A stretch of DNA of 64,000 nucleotides, taken from contig CM082576.2 of assembly GCA_040954595.2 (NCBI GenBank), positions 18,771,028-18,835,027 of the forward strand, written 5' to 3'. The stretch's first letter is position 1. Each line of letters begins with the position of its first letter. Below the pieces are notes generated by a model. It was not told the origin of the DNA, did not search any database, and worked only from the letters and a program-made list of their open reading frames with translations. This document shows, in pieces, positions 15,001 to 27,301 of the stretch. The position numbers and the translations under genes are program-made. The DNA is from Balanoglossus misakiensis. Its lineage: Eukaryota; Animalia; Hemichordata.

Positions 15001-18000
15001 TTTCGCAGATTTTGAAAAAAATCATGGGTGAAAATCATCAAAAAATGACAAATTTTCGACTTTGCAAAATCTCAAAATTTCGTCGATTTTTGAAAAAAAT
15101 CATGGGTGAAAATCATCAAAAAATGACAAATTTTCGACTTTGCACAATCTCAAAATTTCGTCGATTTTTGAAAAAAATCATGGGTGAAAATCATCAAAAA
15201 ATGACAAATTTTCGGCTTTGCAAAATCTCAAAATTTGGTCGATTTTTGAAAAAAAAATCATGGGTAAAAATCATCAAAAAATGACAAATTTTCGACTTTG
15301 CAAAATCTCAAATTTCGTCGATTTTTGAAAAAAATCATGGGTGAAAATCATCAAAAAATGACACATTTTCGACTTTGCAAAATCTCAAAATTTCGTCAAT
15401 TTTTGAAAAAAAATCATGGGTGAAAATCATCAAAAAATGAAAAATTTTTGTCTTTGCAAAATCTCAAAATTTCGTCGACTTTTGAAAAAAATCATGGGTG
15501 AAAATCATCAAAAAATGACAAATTTTCGTCTTTGCAAAATCTCAAAATTTTGTCGATTTTTGAAAAAAATCATGGGTGAAAATCATCAAAAAATGACAAA
15601 TTTTCGACTTTGCAAAATCTCAAAATTTCGTCGATTTTTGAAAAAAATCATGAGTGAAAATCATCAAAAAATGACAAATTTTCGGCTTTGCAAAATCTCA
15701 AAATTTGGTCGATTTTTGAAAAAAAAACATGGGTAAAAATCATCAAAAAATGACAAATTTTCGACTTTGCAAAATCTCAAATTTCGTCGATTTTTGAAAA
15801 AAATCATGGGTGAAAATCATCAAAAAATGACACATTTTCGACTTTGCAAAATCTCAAAATTTTGTCGATTTTTGAAAAAAAAAATCATGGGTGAAAATAA
15901 TCAAAAAATGACAAATTTTCGACTTTGCAAAATCTCAAAATTTCGTCGATTTTTTGAAAAAAAATCATGGGTGAAAATCATCAAAAAATGACAAATTTTC
16001 GACTTTGCAAAATCTCAAAATTTCGCAGATTTTTGAAAAAAAATCATGGGTGAAAATCATCAAAAAATGACAAATTTTCGACTTTGCAAAATCTCAAAAT
16101 TTCGTCGATTTTTGAAAAAAATCATGGGTGAAAATCATCAAAAAATGACAAATTTTCGACTTTGCAAAATCTCAAATTTCGTCGATTTTTGAAAAAAATC
16201 ATGGGTGAAAATCATCAAAAAATGACAAATTTTCGACTTTGCAAAATCTCAAAATTTCGTCGATTTTTGAAAAAAATCATGGGTGAAAATCATCAAAAAA
16301 TGACAAATTTTCGGCTTTGCAAAATCTCAAAATTTTGTCGATTTTTGAAAAAAAATCATGGGTTCGTTGATTTTTGAAAAAAAAGGGTGAAAATCATTAA
16401 AAAATTACAAATTTTCGAATTTGCAAAATCTCAAATTTCGTCGATTTTTGAAAAAAATCATGGGTGAAAATCATTAATAAATGACAAATTTTCGACTTTG
16501 CAAAATCTCAAAATTTCGCAGATTTTTGAAAAAAATCATGGGTGAAAATCATCAAAAAATGACAAATTTTCGACTTTGCAAAATCTCAAAATTTCGTAGA
16601 TTTTTGAAAAAAATCATGGGTGAAAATCATCAAAAAATGACAAATTTTCGACTTTGCAAAATCTCAAAATTTCGTCGACTTTTGAAAAAAATCATGGGTG
16701 AAAATCATCAAAAAATGACAAATTTTCGTCTTTGCAAAATCTCAAAATTTTGTCGATTTTTGAAAAAAATCATGGGTTCGTTCAATTTTGAAAAAAAACA
16801 TGGGTGAAAATCATCAAAAAATGACAAATTTTCGACTTTGCAAAGTCTCAAAATTTCGTCAATTTTTGAGAAAAATCATGGGTGAAAATCATCAAAAAAT
16901 GAAAAATTTTCGACTTTGCAAAATCTCAAAATTTCGTCGATTTTTGAGAAAAATCATGGGTGAAAATCATCAAAAAATGACAAATTTTCGGCTTTGCAAA
17001 ATCTCAAAATTTGGTCAATTTTTGAAAAAAAAAATCATGGGTAAAAATCATCAAAAAATGACAAATTTTCGACTTTGCAAAATCTCAAATTTCGTCGATT
17101 TTTGAAAAAAATCATGGGTGAAAATCATCAAAAAATGACACATTTTCGACTTTGCAAAATCTCAAAATTTCGTCGATTTTTTGAAAAAAAATCATGGGTG
17201 AAAATCATCAAAAAATGACAAATTTTCGATTTTGCAAAGTCGAAAATTTTTCATTTTTTGATGATTTTCACCCATGATTTTTTTCAAAAATCTACGAAAT
17301 TTTGAGATTTTGCAAAGTCGAAAATTTGTCATTTTTTGATGATTTTCACCCATGATTTTTTTCAAAAATCTGCGAAATTTTGAGATTTTGCAAAGTCGAA
17401 AATTTGTCATTTATTAATGATTTTCACCCATGATTTTTTTCAAAAATCGACGAAATTTGAGATTTTGCAAATTCGAAAATTTGTAATTTTTTAATGATTT
17501 TCACCCTTTTTTTTCAAAAATCAACGAACCCATGATTTTTTTTCAAAAATCGACAAAAATTTTGAGATTTTGCAAAGCCGAAAATTTGTCATTTTTTGAT
17601 GATTTTCACCCATGATTTTTTTCAAAAATCGACGAAATTTTGAGATTTTGCAAAGTCGAAAATTTGTCATTTTTTGATGATTTTCACCCATGATTTTTTT
17701 CAAAAATCGACGAAATTTGAGATTTTGCAAAGTCGAAAATTTGTCATTTTTTGATGATTTTCACCCATGATTTTTTTCAAAAATCGACGAAATTTTGAGA
17801 TTTTGCAAAGTCGAAAATTTGTCATTTTTTGATGATTTTCACCCATGATTTTTTTTCAAAAATCTGCGAAATTTTGAGATTTTGCAAAGTCGAAAATTTG
17901 TCATTTTTTGATGATTTTCACCCATGATTTTTTTTCAAAAAATCGACGAAATTTTGAGATTTTGCAAAGTCGAAAATTTGTCATTTTTTGATGATTTTCA

Positions 18001-21000
18001 CCCATGTTTTTTTCAAAATTGAACGAACCCATGATTTTTTTCAAAAATCGACAAAATTTTGAGATTTTGCAAAGACGAAAATTTGTCATTTTTTGATGAT
18101 TTTCACCCATGATTTTTTTCAAAAGTCGACGAAATTTTGAGATTTTGCAAAGTCGAAAATTTGTCATTTTTTGATGATTTTCACCCATGATTTTTTTCAA
18201 AAATCTACGAAATTTTGAGATTTTGCAAAGTCGAAAATTTGTCATTTTTTGATGATTTTCACCCATGATTTTTTTCAAAAATCTGCGAAATTTTGAGATT
18301 TTGCAAAGTCGAAAATTTGTCATTTATTAATGATTTTCACCCATGATTTTTTTCAAAAATCGACGAAATTTGAGATTTTGCAAATTCGAAAATTTGTAAT
18401 TTTTTAATGATTTTCACCCTTTTTTTTCAAAAATCCACGAACCCATGATTTTTTTTCAAAAATCGACAAAATTTTGAGATTTTGCAAAGCCGAAAATTTG
18501 TCATTTTTTGATGATTTTCACCCATGATTTTTTTCAAAAATCGACGAAATTTTGAGATTTTGCAAAGTCGAAAATTTGTCATTTTTTGATGATTTTCACC
18601 CATGATTTTTTTCAAAAATCGACGAAATTTGAGATTTTGCAAAGTCGAAAATTTGTCATTTTTTGATGATTTTCACCCATGATTTTTTTCAAAAATCGAC
18701 GAAATTTTGAGATTTTGCAAAGTCGAAAATTTGTCATTTTTTGATGATTTTCACCCATGATTTTTTTTCAAAAATCTGCGAAATTTTGAGATTTTGCAAA
18801 GTCGAAAATTTGTCATTTTTTGATTATTTTCACCCATGATTTTTTTTTTCAAAAATCGACAAAATTTTGAGATTTTGCAAAGTCGAAAATGTGTCATTTT
18901 TTGATGATTTTCACCCATGATTTTTTTCAAAAATCGACGAAATTTGAGATTTTGCAAAGTCAAAAATTTGTCATTTTTTGATGATTTTCACCCATGATTT
19001 TTTTCAAAAATCGACGAAATTTTGAGATTTTGCAAAGTCGAAAATGTGTCATTTTTTGATGATTTTCACCCATGATTTTTTTCAAAAATCGACGAAATTT
19101 GAGATTTTGCAAAGTCGAAAATTTGTCATTTTTTGATGATTTTTACCCATGATTTTTTTTTCAAAAATCGACCAAATTTTGAGATTTTGCAAAGCCGAAA
19201 ATTTGTCATTTTTTGATGATTTTCACCCATGATTTTTCTCAAAAATCGACGAAATTTTGAGATTTTGCAAAGTCGAAAATTTTTCATTTTTTGATGATTT
19301 TCACCCATGATTTTTCTCAAAAATTGACGAAATTTTGAGATTTTGCAAAGTCGAAAATTTGTCATTTTTTGATGATTTTCACCCATGTTTTTTTCAAAAT
19401 TGAACGAACCCATGATTTTTTTCAAAAATCGACAAAATTTTGAGATTTTGCAAAGACGAAAATTTGTCATTTTTTGATGATTTTCACCCATGATTTTTTT
19501 CAAAAGTCGACGAAATTTTGAGATTTTGCAAAGTCGAAAATTTGTCATTTTTTGATGATTTTCACCCATGATTTTTTTCAAAAATCTACGAAATTTTGAG
19601 ATTTTGCAAAGTCGAAAATTTGTCATTTTTTGATGATTTTCACCCATGATTTTTTTCAAAAATCTGCGAAATTTTGAGATTTTGCAAAGTCGAAAATTTG
19701 TCATTTATTAATGATTTTCACCCATGATTTTTTTCAAAAATCGACGAAATTTGAGATTTTGCAAATTCGAAAATTTGTAATTTTTTAATGATTTTCACCC
19801 TTTTTTTTCAAAAATCAACGAACCCATGATTTTTTTTCAAAAATCGACAAAATTTTGAGATTTTGCAAAGCCGAAAATTTGTCATTTTTTGATGATTTTC
19901 ACCCATGATTTTTTTCAAAAATCGACGAAATTTTGAGATTTTGCAAAGTCGAAAATTTGTCATTTTTTGATGATTTTCACCCATGATTTTTTTCAAAAAT
20001 CGACGAAATTTGAGATTTTGCAAAGTCGAAAATTTGTCATTTTTTGATGATTTTCACCCATGATTTTTTTCAAAAATCGACGAAATTTTGAGATTTTGCA
20101 AAGTCGAAAATTTGTCATTTTTTGATGATTTTCACCCATGATTTTTTTTCAAAAATCTGCGAAATTTTGAGATTTTGCAAAGTCGAAAATTTGTCATTTT
20201 TTGATGATTTTCACCCATGATTTTTTTTCAAAAAATCGACGAAATTTTGAGATTTTGCAAAGTCGAAAATTTTTCATTTTTTGATTATTTTCACCCATGA
20301 TTTTTTTTTTCAAAAATCGACAAAATTTTGAGATTTTGCAAAGTCGAAAATGTGTCATTTTTTGATGATTTTCACCCATGATTTTTTTCAAAAATCGACG
20401 AAATTTGAGATTTTGCAAAGTCGAAAATTTGTCATTTTTTGATGATTTTTACCCATGATTTTTTTTTCAAAAATCGACCAAATTTTGAGATTTTGCAAAG
20501 CCGAAAATTTGTCATTTTTTGATGATTTTCACCCATGATTTTTCTCAAAAATCGACGAAATTTTGAGATTTTGCAAAGTCGAAAATTTTTCATTTTTTGA
20601 TGATTTTCACCCATGATTTTTCTCAAAAATTGACGAAATTTTGAGATTTTGCAAAGTCGAAAATTTGTCATTTTTTGATGATTTTCACCCATGTTTTTTT
20701 CAAATTTGAACGAACCCATGATTTTTTTCAAAAATCGACAAAATTTTGAGATTTTGCAAAGACGAAAATTTGTCATTTTTTGATGATTTTCACCCGTGAT
20801 TTTTTTCAAAAATCGACAAAATTTTGAGATTTTGCAAAGTCGAAAATTTGACATTTTTTGATGATTTTCACCCATGTTTTTTTTCAAAAATCAACGAACC
20901 TATGATTTTTTTTCAAAAATCGACGAAATTTAGAGATTTTGCAAAGTCGAAAATTTGTCATTTCTTAATGATTTTCACCCGTTTTTTTTTCAAAAATCGA

Positions 21001-23495
21001 CAAAATTTTGAGATTTTGCAAAGTCGAAAATTTGTAATTTTTTGATGATTTTCACCAATGTTTTTTTTTAAAAATCAACGAACCCATGATTTTTTTCAAA
21101 AATTGACAACATTTTGAGATTTTGCAAAGTCGAAAATTTGTCATTTTTTGATGATTTTCACCCATGATTTTTCTCAAAAATCGACGAAATTTTGACATTT
21201 TGCAGAGTCGAAAATTTTTCATTTTTTGATGATTTTCACCCATGATTTTTTTCAAAAATCGACGAAATTTTGAGATTTTGCAAAGTCGAAAATTTGTCAT
21301 TTTTTGATGATATTCACCCATGATTTTTTTCAAAAATCGACGAAATTTGAGATTTTGCAAATTCGAAAATTTGTAATTTTTTAATGATTTTCACCCTTTT
21401 TTTTCAAAAATCAACGAACCCATGATTTTTTTTCAAAAATCGACAAAATTTTGAGATTTTGCAAAGCCGAAAATTTGTCATTTTTTGATGATTTTCACCC
21501 ATGATTTTTTTCAAAAATCGACGAAATTTTGAGATTTTGCAAAGTCGAAAATTTGTCATTTTTTGATGATTTTCACCCATGATTTTTTTCAAAAATCGAC
21601 GAAATTTGAGATTTTGCAAAGTCGAAAATTTGTCATTTTTTGATGATTTTCACCCATGATTTTTTTTCAAAAATCTGCGAAATTTTGAGATTTTGCAAAG
21701 TCGAAAATTTGTCATTTTTTGATGATTTTCACCCATGATTTTTTTTCAAAAAATCGACGAAATTTTGAGATTTTGCAAAGTCGAAAATTTGTCATTTTTT
21801 GATTATTTTCACCTATGATTTTTTTTTTCAAAAATCGACAAAATTTTGAGATTTTGCAAAGTCGAAAATGTGTCATTTTTTGATGATTTTCACCCATGAT
21901 TTTTTTTCAAAAATCGACGAAATTTGAGATTTTGCAAAGTCGAAAATTTGTCATTTTTTGATGATTTTTACCCATGATTTTTTTTTACAAAAATCGACCA
22001 AATTTTGAGATTTTGCAAAGCCGAAAATTTGTCATTTTTTGATGATTTTCACCCATGATTTTTCTCAAAAATCGACGAAATTTTGAGATTTTGCAAAGTC
22101 GAAAATTTTTCATTTTTTGATGATTTTCACCCATGATTTTTCTCAAAAATTGACGAAATTTTGAGATTTTGCAAAGTCGAAAATTTGTCATTTTTTGATG
22201 ATTTTCACCCATGTTTTTTTCAAAATTGAACGAACCCATGATTTTTTTCAAAAATCGACAAAATTTTGAGATTTTGCAAAGACGAAAATTTGTCATTTTT
22301 TGATGATTTTCACCCGTGATTTTTTTCAAAAATCGACAAAATTTTGAGATTTTGCAAAGTCGAAAATTTGACATTTTTTGATGATTTTCACCCATGTTTT
22401 TTTTCAAAAATCAACGAACCTATGATTTTTTTTCAAAAATCGACGAAATTTAGAGAGTTTGCAAAGTCGAAAATTTGTCATTTCTTAATGATTTTCACCC
22501 GTTTTTTTTTCAAAAATCGACAAAATTTTGAGATTTTGCAAAGTCGAAAATTTGTAATTTTTTGATGATTTTCACCAATGTTTTTTGTTAAAAATCAACG
22601 AACCCATGATTTGTTTCAAAAATTGACAACATTTTGAGATTTTGCAAAGTCGAAAAATTGTCATTTTTTGATGATTTTCACCCATGATTTTTCTCAAAAA
22701 TCGACGAAATTTTGACATTTTGCAGAGTCGAAAATTTTTCATTTTTTGATGATTTTCACCCATGATTTTTTTCAAAAATAGACGAAATTTTGAGATTTTG
22801 CAAAGTCGAAAATTTGTCATTTTTTGATGATATTCACCCATGATTTTTTTCAAAAATCGACGAAATTTTGAGATTTTGCAAAGTCGAAAATTTGTCATTT
22901 TTTGATGATATTCACCCATGATTTTTTTCAAAAATCGACGAAATTTTGAGATTTTGCAAAGTCGAAAATTTGTCATTTTTTGATGATTTTCACCCATGAT
23001 TTTTTTCAAAAATCGACGAAATTTGAGATTTTGCAAAGTCGAAAATTTGTCATTTTTGATGATTTTCACCCATGATTTTTTTCAAAAATCGACGAAATTT
23101 TGAGATTTTGCAAAGTCAAAAATTTGTCATTTTTTGATGATTTTCACCCATGATTTTTTTTCAAAAATCTGCGAAATTTTGAGATTTTGCAAAGTCGAAA
23201 ATTTGTCATTTTTTGGTGATTTTCACCCATGATTTTTTTTCAAAAAATCGACGAAATTTTGAGATTTTGCAAAGTCGAAAATTTGTCATTTTTTGATTAT
23301 TTTCACCCATGATTTTTTTTTTCAAAAATCGACAAAATTTTGAGATTTTGCAAAGTCGAAAATGTGTCATTTTTTGATGATTTTCACCCATGATTTTTTT
23401 CAAAAATCGACGAAATTTGAGATTTTGCAAAGTCGAAAATTTGTCATTTTTTGATGATTTTTACCCATGATTTTTTTTTCAAAAATCGACCAAAT
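1..23495. repeat. 78-bp tandem satellite array
   Basis: Monomer aaaatcgacgaaattttgagattttgcaaagtcgaaaatttgtcattttttgatgattttcacccatgatttttttca is repeated throughout, giving the 26-aa periodic ORFs. Variants include a ~28-bp truncated unit (aaaatcaacgaacccatgattttttc). The array runs off the left edge. Confidence 0.99.
9703..17229 (-). repeat. Inverted block of the 78-bp satellite
   Basis: Orientation flips at ~9702 (aaattgaacgaa|tcatgggtgaaatc) and flips back at ~17229 (aattttcga|ttttgcaaagtcgaaaatt). Confidence 0.97.
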
Positions 23496-23644
23496 AAATA
23501 AAACAACAATACTGTTGAATTAACGGACGTTTTATTTTGAAATTGCTCTGTGGAAATATTTTTCACTTTGCCACGCGCGATGCCCGTCTTGTCACTTTTT
23601 GTCGTCTGCTTCATGTTTAATGCTCGATCCCGGCTGGATCCCGG

Positions 23645-23795
23645 CCTTGCCGTTGTATGGGCATGCGAACGATTCCACTTGTATGTATATGGTCAGAAAT
23701 TCACCATTGTGACAGACCACAAGCCGTTGGTCCACATATACAACAATCCAATTTCGAAACCACCTGCCAGAATCGAACGTTGGGCACTGAAAATC
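23645..23795 (+). mobile_element. Ty3/Gypsy LTR retrotransposon RNase H fragment (copy 1)
   Basis: LAVVWACERFHLYVYGQKFTIVTDHKPL...PARIERWAL is the typical Gypsy RNase H signature. Only ~50 codons remain. Confidence 0.9.
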
Positions 23796-24000
23796 AACAA
23801 CAGTTAAATCAAAACTGATGTACCTAAAGACAAGCATGAAATAATGCATCAACTTGATTTTTATGAACAGTTTGGGAAATTTGAGAATATTATCTCAGAA
23901 GGAAAAACTATCTACTTTCTCACCTTGAATAAAGTTGATATTTCACCAAAAATTACAGTGAAGCAATAAAATTTTTGATGAGGAAACTTCTCAATTGTCA

Positions 24001-24126
24001 ACATACATACATACATACATACATACATACATACATACATACATACATGCATAAATACATACATACATACATACATACATACATACATACATACATACAT
24101 ACATACATACATACATACATACATAC
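24001..24126. repeat. (ACAT)n microsatellite; duplicate at 25372-25489
   Basis: Read directly from the sequence. Confidence 0.97.
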
Positions 24127-24230
24127 AATTTAAAATAATTTAGGGAGTGATTAAGACTTCAACTTGGACTCTATTGATAATAATATAACTCTTTGTAATA
24201 AATGCCATCGGTGCTTAAATCTTCATTATA

Positions 24231-24538
24231 TTATACCAGTGTATTGATGGTGTAAATCACGCTATTTGATTGGTCGAGACACGACACGTGACCGTGATAT
24301 ATTAGCCATATACCACAGTCATATATCATAGTCAAAGAAAATGCCTTTTTAAAATGTTTAATGCAAAGTTTCAATATACTGGCATAATATAATAGCAATA
24401 AAACACCCCAGTCATGGTATACCACTCGATTTTGACCAGTTCAACTCCATATACGCACTCGCTATCGCTCGTGCGTATATGTCGTGAACTGGTCAAAATC
24501 TCGTGGTATACCATGGCTGGGGGTGTTTTATTGCTTAA
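24231..24538. mobile_element. Non-autonomous element with a 142-bp terminal hairpin (24394-24535), possibly Crypton-like; duplicate at 25594-25901
   Basis: agcaataaaacaccccagtcatggtataccac...gtggtataccatggctgggggtgttttattgct forms an inverted repeat with apex cactcgctatcgctcgtg. Outer boundaries and family are tentative. Confidence 0.55.
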
Positions 24539-24630
24539 ATATTAAATCAAGTCAATCAATGTGCACAAACATTACACACACACTCATTAATACATAGAGA
24601 CAGACACAGACAGACACATACACACTCACT

Positions 24631-24631
<1 letters not shown>

Positions 24632-24680
<49 letters not shown>
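24632..24680. repeat. (CA)n microsatellite; duplicate at ~25995-26041
   Basis: Read directly from the sequence. Confidence 0.95.
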
Positions 24681-24683
<3 letters not shown>

Positions 24684-25015
24684 CCTATTTTGCTTTAATT
24701 TTTTGTTTGAAACTTTCATATCAACTGAAGAGTTGTTGACGTTTGACCTTGGATGTACTGAGGTCACCATACACACTCACATTTGTCTGTGTCATAATCA
24801 CAGACTGAAGCAAAGTAAAATTTTTTGATTTTTACCCATGATTTTTTTTTCAAAAATCGACCAAATAAATAAAACAACAATACTGTTGAATTAACGGACG
24901 TTTTATTTTGAAATTGCTCTGTGGAAATATTTTTCACTTTGCCACGCGCGATGCCCGTCTTGTCACTTTTTGTCGTCTGCTTCATGTTTAATGCTCGATC
25001 CCGGCTGGATCCCGG

Positions 25016-25166
25016 CCTTGCCGTTGTATGGGCATGCGAACGATTCCACTTGTATGTATATGGTCAGAAATTCACCATTGTGACAGACCACAAGCCGTTG
25101 GTCCACATATACAACAATCCAATTTCGAAACCACCTGCCAGAATCGAACGTTGGGCACTGAAAATC
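25016..25166 (+). mobile_element. Ty3/Gypsy RNase H fragment (copy 2)
   Basis: Identical to 23645-23795. Confidence 0.9.
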
Positions 25167-25993
25167 AACAACAGTTAAATCAAAACTGATGTACCTAAAG
25201 ACAAGCATGAAATAATGCATCAACTTGATTTTTATGAACAGTTTGGGAAATTTGAGAATATTATCTCAGAAGGAAAAACTATCTACTTTCTCACCTTGAA
25301 TAAAGTTGATATTTCACCAAAAATTACAGTGAAGCAATAAAATTTTTGATGAGGAAACTTCTCAATTGTCAACATACATACATACATACATACATACATA
25401 CATACATGCATAAATACATACATACATACATACATACATACATACATACATACATACATACATACATACATACATACATACATACATACAATTTAAAATA
25501 ATTTAGGGAGTGATTAAGACTTCAACTTGGACTCTATTGATAATAATATAACTCTTTGTAATAAATGCCATCGGTGCTTAAATCTTCATTATATTATACC
25601 AGTGTATTGATGGTGTAAATCACGCTATTTGATTGGTCGAGACACGACACGTGACCGTGATATATTAGCCATATACCACAGTCATATATCATAGTCAAAG
25701 AAAATGCCTTTTTAAAATGTTTAATGCAAAGTTTCAATATACTGGCATAATATAATAGCAATAAAACACCCCAGTCATGGTATACCACTCGATTTTGACC
25801 AGTTCAACTCCATATACGCACTCGCTATCGCTCGTGCGTATATGTCGTGAACTGGTCAAAATCTCGTGGTATACCATGGCTGGGGGTGTTTTATTGCTTA
25901 AATATTAAATCAAGTCAATCAATGTGCACAAACATTACACACACACTCATTAATACATAGAGACAGACACAGACAGACACATACACACTCACT

Positions 25994-26044
<51 letters not shown>

Positions 26045-26386
26045 CCTATTTTGCTTTAATTTTTTGTTTGAAACTTTCATATCAACTGAAGAGTTGTTGA
26101 CGTTTGACCTTGGATGTACTGAGGTCACCATACACACTCACATTTGTCTGTGTCATAATCACAGACTGAAGCAAAGTAAAATAAATCACAGCAGCTGTAC
26201 TGATGTTAACATTGCATTGTTTAATATTCAAGATCAAGTTAAAGTGCATTTATTTATTGGAAGAATCCAGTTATGGCAACTTGATCCTAGGCGATGTAAC
26301 TATCCGCCCCACACACAAGTTGAATCATGTATGATATATGTTTCAAACAGCGCGGCATAAGGCCAGAGTTAGCCTCAAGTTGTGAT

Positions 26387-26390
<4 letters not shown>

Positions 26391-26421
<31 letters not shown>
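26391..26421. repeat. (AT)n microsatellite
   Basis: Read directly from the sequence. Confidence 0.95.
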
Positions 26422-26423
<2 letters not shown>

Positions 26424-26856
26424 ATGGCATATGTTACATCATGAATCAAAAATCAAGCAAGTTAAGTTGAGTACGAGATACTGACAAGAACGTCTCAGTC
26501 AACCTATTGCATGCAGCACATTGTCAACGTCGCGTCGATCGTGTTTGGCATGATCATGATGACGCTTGACGTGCAAGGCGACTCAATAGATTGCCACATC
26601 ACAAACCAGTACAAATTGTGCATCGTGTGGTCATGTTACGTGTACGACAAATCTGCCGGTTATGAGAAGGAGGTAAAATCTCAACTTACCAACACTCAGT
26701 CAGTCTGATAAGATACGATGCAGCATGTAAGGCAGAATCCGACGAAAAGTCCTGGTACTAGGTCAAGCTAGTAAAAGAATGTCATATTCTCTGTACCGAT
26801 ACACCGCCCTCTCTGGACAGTCTCCGTACCAATACACCCGCCCTCTTTAGACAAAT

Positions 26857-27301
26857 TTATCTCGAGATCTCGAGATAAAAAAATAAAAAGTCGGGAAAAC
26901 GAATTGGAATTATCTCGAGATCTCGAGATAAAAAAATAAAAAGTCGGGAAAACGAACTTGAATTATCTCGAGATCTCGAGATAAAAAAATAAAAAGTCGG
27001 GAAAACGAATTGGAATTATCTCGAGATCTCGAGATAAAAAAATAAAAAGTCGGGAAAACGAACTTGAATTATCTCGAGATCTCGAGATAAAAAAAAATAA
27101 AAAGTCGGGAAAACGAATCGGAATTATCTCGAGATCTCGAGATAAAAAAATAAAAAGTCAGGAAAACGAATAGCATTATCTCGAGATCTCGAGATAAAAA
27201 AATAAAAAGTCAGGAAAACGAATGGAATTATCTCGAGATCTCGAGATAAAAAAATAAAAAGTCAGGAAAACGAATGGAATTATCTCGAGATCTCGAGATA
27301 A
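26857..27301. repeat. ~53-bp minisatellite with nine copies of the perfect 22-bp palindrome TTATCTCGAGATCTCGAGATAA
   Basis: Palindromes start at 26857, 26910, 26963, 27016, 27069, 27124, 27176, 27228 and 27280. Confidence 0.97.

Larger units (their letters stand above)
23450..26181 (+). repeat. Near-identical tandem duplication of ~1.37 kb (23450-24820 and 24821-26181)
   Basis: Identical ORFs at offsets 1371 and 1363. The only differences I noticed are in microsatellite lengths. Each unit starts with the satellite terminus. Confidence 0.97.

Noticed and set aside
49-23430. Dozens of ORFs with a 26-aa repeat (MGENHQKMTNFRLCKISKFRRFLKKI)
   Set aside because: A by-product of a 78-bp monomer divisible by three; frames break at every homopolymer variant.
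23912-24776. MYVC and CV repeat ORFs (and their duplicates)
   Set aside because: Translations of microsatellites.
26857-27301. CRISPR-like palindromic repeat-spacer pattern
   Set aside because: Spacers are near-identical, there are no cas genes, and the context is eukaryotic.
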